Source: Balanoglossus misakiensis
Taxonomy: Eukaryota; Animalia; Hemichordata
Direction of reading: 5' to 3'
DNA: 64,000 bases
Assembly (NCBI GenBank): GCA_040954595.2
Contig: CM082598.2
Location: forward strand, 5,843,097-5,907,096
Shown: positions 13,501 to 25,344 of the stretch, in pieces
Position numbering within the stretch: the first letter of the stretch is position 1
Layout of the letters: each line of letters opens with the position of its first letter
The notes under the pieces: generated by a model
Told to the model about the DNA's origin: nothing
Databases searched by the model: none
Seen by the model: the letters and a program-made list of their open reading frames with translations, nothing else
Position numbers and translations under genes: made by a program

Positions 13501-16500
13501 TTTCCACTATCAAATCATACAGCTTCACAAGGAGAGTCTAGGTGAATGATTCACGTGAACAGAATTCAAATCCAATGTGTTCTATTACAGGTCGGAGGAT
13601 CCTTGTTCGCCAGCAATATCGGCAGTTATCATTTTATTGGTTTAGCCGGATCTGGTGCGGCCGCGGGATGGGGAGCTGGAGCTTATGAATTAAATGTGAG
13701 TCTTCACTTATATGCTTTAAAGCCTCTAGAGCTGCCACTTTTTGCATTATTTTCATGACTTTATTTTCTAACTTAAAGCGCCTAGCTCGTCTCACACGCA
13801 TGTTCCAGCTGTAGCCGCTGGTTACAGACGTTTAGTGAACAGTCAATCCCATAAGGCAGTGCTCTGTCCTAACAACAGAGAAGATGGCGGCAACCATAAT
13901 CTGTATCGGAGATCGGGAAAAGACACCAGCTTGGGTGAAAAGGAGGGAAAAAACCAGAATCTACTTATACGGTGCGCATGAAATATGGAAGGAAGCGAAG
14001 GCAGTCCACTATTTGAATGGAAGTTACGCGCATGCACGTGAGACGAGCTACGCGCTTTAAATTGGTTCATCTAAATTCTTACTGATAGGTATACATGAAC
14101 ACCTTATCGATGCCCGATTGTGGCTGCATGTTGCACTTTGAACACAATCTGCATTAAACAGGTGCCACACCGATTTAATCAGCATCCATACAAATAGTAC
14201 GCAGCTATCGTAGTATGTGTCGCTAAGCTATGACAAACCGATGCAAATGCAAGTAATATGGCTTAATGGTGAGGATTTTAGAGGATAGGGAATATATTTG
14301 AAATATTTTATTGAGGAAAAAAATATGTGAAATTTGGCAGCTCTAGAGGATTTAACCCTTTCAAGCCTTGCTTTCTGGGAACGTATCCGAATTTCTCCTA
14401 TATATAGTGTATCTGGCCAGAAAGGGTTAAAACACACAAAAAACCTCCAAAAGAAATTCAATCTGGATTTATTCTATCCTTACAGGCTTTGTATTTCTTA
14501 CAATTGCTGGGGTGGATCATGCTACCAGTCTACATGGCAAGCGCTATTTATACAATGCCTGAATACCTGGCTGTACGATTTGGCAGAATAAGACTTCGAA
14601 TTTATTATTCAGTGCTGTCCTTGTTACTGTATATATTTACCAAAATTTCGGTAAGTGAACCAATGACAAACTCACCTCTGACCTTCTGTTTGTAATATTA
14701 TATGAGGCTACAGTCAAACCTGTGTTAGTGACCACCTCTATATAGTAGCCACTATGTTACAGTCCCTGTGCAATTTACATGTACAGTCAAACCTGTGTTA
14801 GTGACCACCTCTATATAGTAGCCACTATGTTACAGTCCCTGTGCAATTTACATGTACAGTCAAACCTGTGTTAGTGACCACCTCTATATAGTAGCCACTA
14901 TGTTACAGTCCCTGTGCAATTTACATGTACAGTCAAACCTGTGTTAGTGGCCACCTCTATATAGTAGCCACTATGTTACAGTCCCTGTGCAATTTACATG
15001 TGCATTAATTGACCTGTCTATAAAGACCACCAGTCTATAAAGGCCACTTTAGGAAAGTCCCTTGACTGGCCACTATAGACAGGTTTGACTGTATTATGAA
15101 AATAGCGTAAAGTATGCTGTTGCACAAGGAAATTAGCGCCGCGTATTACCCAACGCATAGGGAGGGTGATGCGCTGCGCTTATTTTTATATATCTTACAT
15201 CTCAGTTAGTTTGTGTGTTCCTTATTACTTGTCTTTCAAAACGCCGGTAAAATCGATCGTAACCGCTCAGCTGAAACATAGTGAGCAGCCATCTTCTTCC
15301 TTTTTCGTTTACATTGGAAGGGGGTCTTTACACTGTCCCCATTAACAGTGCATACATATACACGGTGAAATTGGGCGCCTTGAAACTGTAGGCGTATTTA
15401 ATGCTTGTTAAATACGCCTGTTCCGTACAGCGTTTTAGTGCACGCCAAATTCTATTGTTCTTGGTGCCAGATGTATAATAATAGTACTTATCCCAGTCCA
15501 GGGCTCCAAATGAACATTATAGAAATAATGGACGACGCCCTGACCATTAACGTTTTTTTATTGGCAAGGGCGAGGGGAAAGCCAAAAATTCATGGGCTCG
15601 GAAGCCTCGCCCATGAATTTTGGCTTTCCTCGAGCCCGCGCCCATAAACAAAGTAACGTTTATGGTCAGGGCGGAGTCGGTTATTTCCATTATATTACCA
15701 ACAAAATCAAGAAAACCGTCAAAATTTACGAAAATGTCCCACTGGGGGCCCCGGAACTTGTGTTCTGCAAAATGTTGTATTCACTGAACTGTTTGCTAAT
15801 ATTACTATTCAGATTTACGGGCATGTAAACAAACCATTACTGAGTATTTGTGGTCAGTGACGTCGTTCATCTCGACCAATTAAAATGCGACGCACAGGCC
15901 ATGGTAATATAATTTATCTTGTTAGTCAGTTGTGACTACCACATTTATAAATTTGTAGTCAGCCATACAAACTTGGTAGTCAGAATTTCTTTGTATTATA
16001 ATAATATATATTCTTGTGAAATCAAAGGAACTTGTATTCCTGTTAGCAATACAGTATTGAGTGCAAATTTTCTGACTGTCAATAGCACAGCTGAGATGGT
16101 TGCATATACTGGTAGTCAGTGGTGACAACCATTTTGAAAAGTCAGTAAGGAGAAATTGGTAGTCAGTTGGCATGTGACTACTGCTTATTGTGAGCCTGTA
16201 GTACAAAAAATACTTTTAGAGATCTGTGCATAAGATTAAAGAGACAAAGTCTCTCTCTTGCTGCCCTTTTCCCATTAATTATGTTTGATAAAAGACACCG
16301 TTTATGTTATTCTACATGTGGATATATAGTGAATCAATATTCGACCACACACAACTTCCATCCCGTTTGTAGGATATGAGAGTAAAAACTCGCCTAAATG
16401 AATAAATGGTAAAGACCGATTTATTCATTTTGGCGAGTTTTTCACTCTTGTGTCTACAAGTTGTGTGTGGTCGGTCGAACGTTGATTCACTATATATCCA

Positions 16501-19500
16501 CATGTACAATAACATAAACAGTGTCTTGTATCAAACTCAATTAATGGGAAAAAGGCAGCGAGAGAGAGACTTTGTCCCTGTAAGAACAAGAAAATGATGC
16601 GATGACAGAGAAAATCGCTAATATTTAGTTTTACTTTGGTAGGTGGATTTGTATTCAGGTGCTGTGTTTATACAAGAAACCTTAGACTGGAATATTGCTG
16701 CGTCTATCACATTCCTGCTTATACTGACTGCTATTTACACTGTGTTAGGTAAGATCATTTACTGTTATCAAAACATGATTATTACTGTCACCCTGTATTT
16801 GAGCTTTTCACACTGCAGATTTCTACTCTCAAAGGATGTGTTGATGTTTTGTGGAAGCATGTGCACGAACAGATGTCTGTTATGTAGTGTATTTTGAGGA
16901 ACCCCATTCACACTTTGTAAAGCTTAAAGGGACAAAGTCTCTCTCTTGCTGCCCTTTTTCCATTAATTATGTTTGATACAAGACACTGTTTATATTACTC
17001 TACATGTGGATATAAAGTGAATCAACGTTTGACCACACACAACTTCCATCCCGTTTGCAGGATATGAGCTCACCCATAATGAATAAATGGTAAATACCGT
17101 TTATTCATTTTGGCGAGTTTTTTTCACTCCCATGTCTACAGGTTGGATGGAAGTTGTGTGTGGTCGAACGTTGATTCACTATATATCCACATGTAGAGTA
17201 ATATAAACAGTGCTCATATCAAACTTAATGGAAAAAGGGCAGCGAGAGAGAGGCTTTGTCCCTTTAAAGGATGAAGACTAGAAGTGTCACATTTTGAAAC
17301 AAAAAGTAAATACACCAACCGAGATAAATAAAATTAACATAAATTTTAATTTACTTTCATTTTAATTTGGTTTTAATTAAATCAGTAATACAATATAACC
17401 ACTTTTGTGTTTTATATTTATTACTTAGGTGGGCTTGCAGCTGTCATCTGGACAGACACAGCAAATTTTATCGTCATGATGGTTGGGGGCATTATCCTTA
17501 TGATTATCGGTATGTTACACATTATCTGATTGGCTTACTGACTGAGTGAGTGACTGCAGTGATATATGGTTGTCCAATTATGATACAAGTTATATAATCA
17601 GCTTCCTAACAAACAACTACAGTCAAACCTGTGTTAGTGACCACCTCTATATATTGGCCACATTGTTACAGTCCCTGTGCCACTAACATGTACATTAATT
17701 GACCTGGATACAAAGACCTCCTCTCTATAAAGGCCAGTTTAGGAAAGTCCCTTGACTGGCCACTATACACAGCTTTGCCTGTACCTCATTTCCTGACGTT
17801 TATACTAATATTTTTTTTACTAGTTGATAAACAGCTGTCTGAATCTGATGTGAATTGCTTAGAGACTAAGCAAAAGAGCTGTGTTTCTTGTTTTCAGGCT
17901 TTCATTCAAACCTGACCCCGAGTAAACAAAGCACATTATAACACACCATGCAGCGAACCCTCGATCGTGATTCGTCAATACGCCGTCACGTGACCTTAGT
18001 CATTTCGGACTGTTCCCTAGGGCATCAGTTCGATTGGTTTCTGCCCGGTACTGTTGCCTGGATGTGGTGTGTGTCGTGTTTGGTGTGTTATAAAACACAT
18101 GATGACTGACATGTTCGGGCAACAGTGTATTTTTGATGACCTCGGGACTGCCAGTCACACCAAAACAAGACTGTTTTAGTTGTGACTAGCAGCACCCTCG
18201 ATCATCAAAATGCACTGTTGCCCTCATTGTCAGTCATCATGTGTATGATGGTCAGGCATAGGGCAGGTAAAGAGACACTGCCACTGATAAAAATATGAAA
18301 TGTGATTCCTTAATTATTTAATTGATTAATGATTGTTTATCTAAAAAACTCTCTGATATTACTGCTCCATATTGCATTTAGTGGTTCATAAGTTGTTTAG
18401 ACCTGACTTGTGTTGGACAATTAAGGATGTTTGTTCAGTAAAATTGAAAGTACATGTGTTGTCTTTTCTTTTAATTATTGATTTTTTTATTATCCTGTGT
18501 ATGTACAATGAAAATCCGTGATAAAATATAGGGGTCACCATGCTTGTTTTTGAAATACAGAGCCATGAATTTAGTCGATAATAGAAGAAAACTGCTGAGT
18601 CAGCATTTTTCACCAGTACTTTGTCTATGGGCAAAATTTTTAACAAAATTTATCTCAAAATAGAGTGCAGTGACCGCACGAGTTTATACGACCAATGAAT
18701 TTATGTTTACTTGAGTAAACTGTGACTGAGCTATGTGTAAAATTTCATGATAATGACAATAGTGGAGGTGAGTTTTCTAGCAATTATCAATGTAATCCTA
18801 TGGGGAAAAAGACACATGTGCACTGTTTATCAGTTTATGTTCTGCACCTACATCCTTTTATGTACGCGCAGAACATAAACCGGAAGACTGCGCGCCCCGT
18901 CTTTTCCCCATAGGATTCCATTGATAATTGCTAGAAAACAAACTTCTACTATTGTCATTTTCACGAAATTTTACACATAGCTCAGTCCAGCAAATATAAA
19001 TTCATTGGTCAAATAAAAAATAGGGGTCACCGCGCTCTATTTTGAGATAAATTGCGTTAAAAAATTTGCCCATAGACAAACCATTGGTGAAAAATGCTGA
19101 GTCAGCAGATTTCTTCTATTATCGACTGAATTCATGGCTCTGTATTTCAAAAACAAGCGCGGTGACCCCTATATTTTATTACGGATTTTCATTATACATA
19201 CAAAGGGGAATCCAAAAATCCACAATTAAAAAAAATGACAATACTTTCAATTTTACTGAACGTACATTCTTAAGACTCAAACGTACATATGTGCAACTTC
19301 TGTGTTTTATATGTATCAGCTTTCGTAGAGGTTGGCGGGATGCAAGGTGTGTTAGAAGATTACCCGTGTGCTGTACCAAATGAAACATTGTACGGAAACG
19401 ACACATGTGGAATTCCCCGAGAAGACTCCTTTCGAATGTTCCGTCATCCTGTTGGTTCAGACATGCCATTTTTTGGTTTTGTCCTCGGCCAATCACCAGC

Positions 19501-22500
19501 TTCTATTTGGTATTGGTGTGCTGACCAGGTGAGACTGTCAATATCATTCAAAGCAACCCACTTATTGGAGGGTTAGGCCAAATAAAAAAACATGTGCTGT
19601 TCCGATTACCCGACCTACCCTAATTTTAGCCTGCCGACCCAAAACTTTAGAGCTTCGTAAAAGGGAAGTAAAAATAACGATGTCAAATATACAAAATTTA
19701 TGAAAATTGCGAGAATCACATAAGAACTATGATGTCATTCTTCTACACTACGGCAGCCAAAGATATAAAAAAATTGCAAAATAATTTTTTTTTCCAACAT
19801 TCCTACCCTATTTTTAAAAACTATGTAATCCGAACAGCACACATTTTTTTTTATTTGGCCTTTTAAATCTAGACTATTGATTTTTCTGATCTTCCAAAAC
19901 TGAAATTTCGCCAATCAAAAGTCCCCATTTCCACATTCTTCAGTGTATAGAGACGTCTTCATATAAAGTTTGAACTCATCAATAAATTTTAGCTGTACTG
20001 TCATGTAGCTGTGGGATACTAGTATTTCAATGACCTTTTTACTCACAGGTATTTCAATACGGGTTGTCAGTATTTACATGTATGGACAGTTAAAGGGACA
20101 AAGTCTCTCTCTCTCCATTAATTATGTTTGATACAAGACACCGTTTATGTTATTCTACATGTGGATATATAGTGAATCAACGTTCGACCACACACAACTT
20201 CCATCTCGCATGTAGACACAAGAGTGAAAAACTCACCAAAATGAATAATCGGTCTCTACCGTTTATTCATTTTGGGCGAGTTTTTCCTCTCATATCATAC
20301 AAACAGGATGGAAGTTGTGTGTGGTTCAACATTGATTCACTACATATACACATGTAGAATAACATAAACGGTGCCTTGTATCAAACATAATTAATGGAAA
20401 AAGCGTAGCGAGAGAGAGAGACTTTGTCCCTTTAACACTGCACAAGCACATTGTATTGGCAAGCAAGACAACTGGAATTTTGATTTGGTTCATGAAATCA
20501 CCCTGAGAGAATAATTAGAAATATGAAAACTTGGTCTTTCTGTTTATTCTTACGAGTCTCAACAATTCCATCCACTAGCCATGCTTTTAACCTTTTCTTG
20601 GTGTTTTGTTTTCTCAAGGTGATTGTGCAGAGAGCACTAGCTGCCAAGAACCTGTCACACGCTAAAGGTGGAACACTATTAGCAGGCTATTTCAAAATTA
20701 TACCGACGTTTATGATAGTAATTCCTGGAATGATTGCCCGGATGCTGTGGCCTGGTAAGTGCAGAAGTGGATTACATCTACAACACAATTAACGGAGAAT
20801 TTATGATTTGAGAGTGAAATATTTTGCACAAATAAAGCTGCGTTCTGGATTCTCAACATATCGTTGTCTCTCGGACTTGACATATGAGTACATTCGTACA
20901 TTTTTGTTTTTAAGCATTTCCTGTAAAATGCAAAGTACCAACTCGTTTGAACCAGCTACGTAATATAATAATGCAGCTTTGTGCAAATAAAAGCTAAACG
21001 AAAACATAAAATATGTTTATAGTGAAAATGTGATAGAAAATTGTTGTTGCATTGATTTCGAGTGATACTCCATGTATTGTTGGGGACTAGTTTCTTGAAC
21101 AGATTCTATTGATAATCCTGTACATGTCAGATTTTCAAAAAAAGTGTGTTATCATGACATTTGTGCAAATGTGGAGATATTACTAATAGAAACCATCTGT
21201 CTATCTCTATAGATGAGATTGCGTGTGTAGATGATGCAATTTGTGAACAGGTTTGTAGCAATCCATCTGGATGTACTGATATTGCATATCCTAGATTAGT
21301 CATGGAGTTATTGCCCAAAGGTAAGTCAACCTTAACTTAACTGTTACTGAAATGGATTTTCAATTCTGGCTGCCTTAAATGGGATTTAAGCTACCTAAGT
21401 GAATGATGAAAATCTCATATGGTCGATGCAATTTCAAGATGGCCGATTTTTGCCATGTTTAAGAAATGAGAGTTCATAAGCTAAAGTGATGATGGGTCAT
21501 TCTGAAACTTTTTAACAGAAAAAATAACAACATGTGACAAAAGTTTAATGAGTTTAATATGCTCACTGCAAAGACAGACATGTTTGACCAAAGGAAATCA
21601 TGAAATACAGTAAACATATCATTTCTTCTATCTCTATACTACAGTGGGTTGTCGACTTTTTGCCCAGAATGCAATGTGATTTAACCCCCTAGCGCAAAGT
21701 GAAAACCTATATAAGGCAGCCAGAATTCTGGATGCCTTAAATAGGTTTTTAGTTTGTGCTAGGTAGTCAAACCACATAATAATAATTGCATTCTGGGTAA
21801 AAGGTCGACAACTCATTGTCGTAAGAGATTGGAGAAATCATAACTTCATTTGGTCAGACATATCTGTCTTTGTAGTTGCATGGTAAACTCATTCAACTTT
21901 TTTTTCTTCAAATTTTGTTATTTTTTCTGTTACAAAGAATCAGAATGACCGACTATCATTCTAGCTAATGAACTCCCATTTCATAAACATGGCAACAATC
22001 GGCCATCTTGAAATTGTGTCAATCGTATGAGATTTTCATTATTCACCTGAGTAGCAAAACCATATTTAAAGGCCCTATAGCTGCCAAATTTCACATAAAC
22101 TTTTCCACATCTCTTGGTGACGCCTACCCTGATAGGTGCGTATTGTTTGTATGGAGGCTAATTAAATTGGTGCGACACTGTTTTAATACATACCGTGTTC
22201 AAATTGCAACATGCACTCACAATCGGCCATCGATAAGGTGTTCATGTATACCTATCAGTAAGCTTATTTACATGGACCAATTTAAGTTGGAAAATAAAAT
22301 CGTGAAAATAATGCAAAAAGTTGCAGCTCTAGAGGCTTTAAGGTGGGGAGACTGATATGACCTCATGTTAGTCACGTAACAGGTTAATAGTTGATGTGAT
22401 TATTTCTACTTTCCTATTTGATCCTTTCTATCACGTTATTTCAGGTCTACGTGGGTTGATGATAGCAGTTGTGCTGGCTGCTCTGATGAGTTCGTTGACC

Positions 22501-25288
22501 TCAATCTTCAATAGTGGCGCGACCATTTTTGTGGTTGATTTGTGGAAACTGTGGCGCAAGAAGGCTGGAGAGAAGGAAAGTATGATTGTTGGAAGGTGAG
22601 AATTTTCTGAGTGTTTCTACAGTGTTGCAGCCAGAGTGCGCCCTTGCAACAATGACCCCAAAACTGAAGCCACGGGCGCACTTTCTGGCATACTGCGGGT
22701 CACCACGGGCGCACTCTAAGTGTAAAAATAGCCGGCGCTAACACACATTGTTTCCTGATAACTGATGGGTGTACGCGTACAAAGAGATTCACTTGTCACA
22801 GTTAATGACCTTACGACCTGTAATCGATACTGATAACATCTTCACAGCAAAGTTTGTAGCAAACTTGGTTTATTGTTGAATTTGATACAGTTTACGTACA
22901 CGCAGCCACACTCTTGGGAATTGTAAGTAAATACACTGCGATATCACGCCTATATATCGGACTCAGCTGTGCAGGCAGTGAACTACCGTGACTCCAATTG
23001 CTTCTGAAACCAACTCCTTCCATGAGTACCAGCAGTCTCAGTTTTGTTGCAAACCCTCCCATTGAACTTTTAATGTAGATTCAACAGCTTAATTTCTTGG
23101 ATAAGACTCCAAAAAGACAGAGTGGAGAGTATACTCCTTATTACATGCTTTAGGACCCCTAGCCAGACAACAGTTGATCTTGCAATTGGAATGAATTCCC
23201 TAGCTTTTAGAAATACCCTAAAGATTTTATATAATGGGGAACAAGTTTTCTCAAATTTACTCCTAAAATAATAAAGGACTTGAAAGAATTTAAATTAGCT
23301 TTTCCTCCACCCCTCCAGCTGAGCAGGTTATTTGGAATAAGGCCAGGATTCTTGTCAATAACAAGTCTGTTTTTCATCCTTATTTGTAGAAAAAAGGGGG
23401 ATTATTCATCTTTCTGATATTTTGGTAAAAACTCTAAATTTATAAATGAAGCAGATTTAAAAGATCTTGAATGTAATCAAAATCAGAAAAGTAAAACAAA
23501 GACGCATAAACAATAATCGGCAGTGACTTTAATTATCAGAACAATAGTGCTCAGATCTTGACTGTTGTGAACACGTGATTTGTACAATTTGTACAAAATG
23601 CAGGTTAAAGTATATGGTCATTGTGACACAGACCAAAGAGTCTGAGTGTTTTATTAAAAACATCAAATTATACAATTTTATGTGGTATGTCATTCTGTAT
23701 GTATGTGTACGTGTAACGTTTATGCATGGACATATGTCCATGGTTTATGTTGTCCCCAAAATATGCAAAATGTCCCCAAAAATAAATAGTGGGGGGACAC
23801 AGTGTCCCCTGTTATAAAATTCCTGGCTGCAACACTGTTTCTATCTGTTTGCTTAAAGGGAAGGGGTCGTCGCGTCGCGTTGGGGGTCCCCCTTGATGAG
23901 AATATGTCCTCCCATACCAGCACAAACCTCACTGCAGTCGCCACGACCTACTAGGATCTTCAGTTGCTGTCATGCCCAGTCTACACTACAGTGGGCTGCT
24001 TTGTTCATTCTAAGAATGATCTAATTTCAGGGATTTGTGGATTAATTGTAATGTTTATAAACAAATGCGGCGCGACGACCCCTTCACTTTAAAGGAACAA
24101 AGTCTCTCTCTCGCTGCCGTTTTTCCATTAATTCTGTTTGATACAAGACACCGTTTATGTTATTCTACATGTGGATATATAGTGAATGAACATTCGACCA
24201 CACACAACTTCCATCCCACGAGAGTGAAAAACTCGCCAAAATGAATAATCAGTCTCTAGCATTTATTCATTTTGGCGAAATTTTTACTCTCATATCCTAC
24301 AAACTGGATGGAAGTTGTGTGTGGTTGAACGTTGATTCACTATATATCCACATGTAGAATAACATAAACAGTGTCTTGTATCAAACATAATTAATGGAAA
24401 AAAGGGGCAGTGAGAGAGAGACTTTGCCCCTTTAAGGATGTACGTTCAGTTAAATTGAAAGTATTCTCATTTCTTTTCAACACAATGCAATCTAACAAAA
24501 TTGAGTGCAGACATTTTCTTTTTCTTGTTTCAGGATATTTGTGCTCTTTTTGGTGTGTGTTAGTATCTTATGGTTGCCGGTTGTCGCCAATAGCCAAGGT
24601 GGTCAACTGTGGCATTACATTCAAGAAGTCACTGGTTATCTCAGCCCTCCAATTGCTGCTGTATTTCTGATGGCAATGTTGTGGCATGGCGTCAATGAAC
24701 CTGTAAGTGTTTCCATGGTATTCATAGTTTCCCCCTCAAAATATCTCTTCAACATTTCGTGTCGAGATTCATCATACATAACATGTTTCTTAGCCTGGTC
24801 ACCATACCCAGTGTGTTCTGGATAGTCTCACACACAAGGGTCTGGCCACTCAGTCAACTATCTTCCATTTTTAAGATCTGCATGTCAGTAGAGCTCAAAA
24901 TGCGATGTCACAGCAACGAGGTCACCACATGGCTTTGACTCTGACGTTGTTCAAGTCAATGACCTGGGCGCTACTAATCGTTGGAAAATAATTAGCATTA
25001 ATTAGCAACATCCGTTGCCAATCATTAGTGTGTCGCATAAGGTGAGTTCAATTCTATCATAAATATCACCTAAACTACATGCTGATAGTGCATACAGTTC
25101 ATGCCATGCAAACATGCCCCCTGAAAAATTATTCAAGAACTTTGAGTGGCCATTTTTGTGTTATGTTATTTTTATTCTATTAGTTTGTCTTACACAAATC
25201 ATATTTATTTTTTTCTGGTCGAACTGATGGAGTGATTACGGGAGTCTGTCCACCTATCCATCCATCCATCTAAACACCCACTCACCAG

Positions 25289-25344
<56 letters not shown>

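Noticed and set aside
14709-15000. Regular direct repeats suggesting a CRISPR array
   Set aside because: Units are contiguous 73-bp copies with no unique spacers, derive from a MITE end, and the DNA is eukaryotic with no cas genes.
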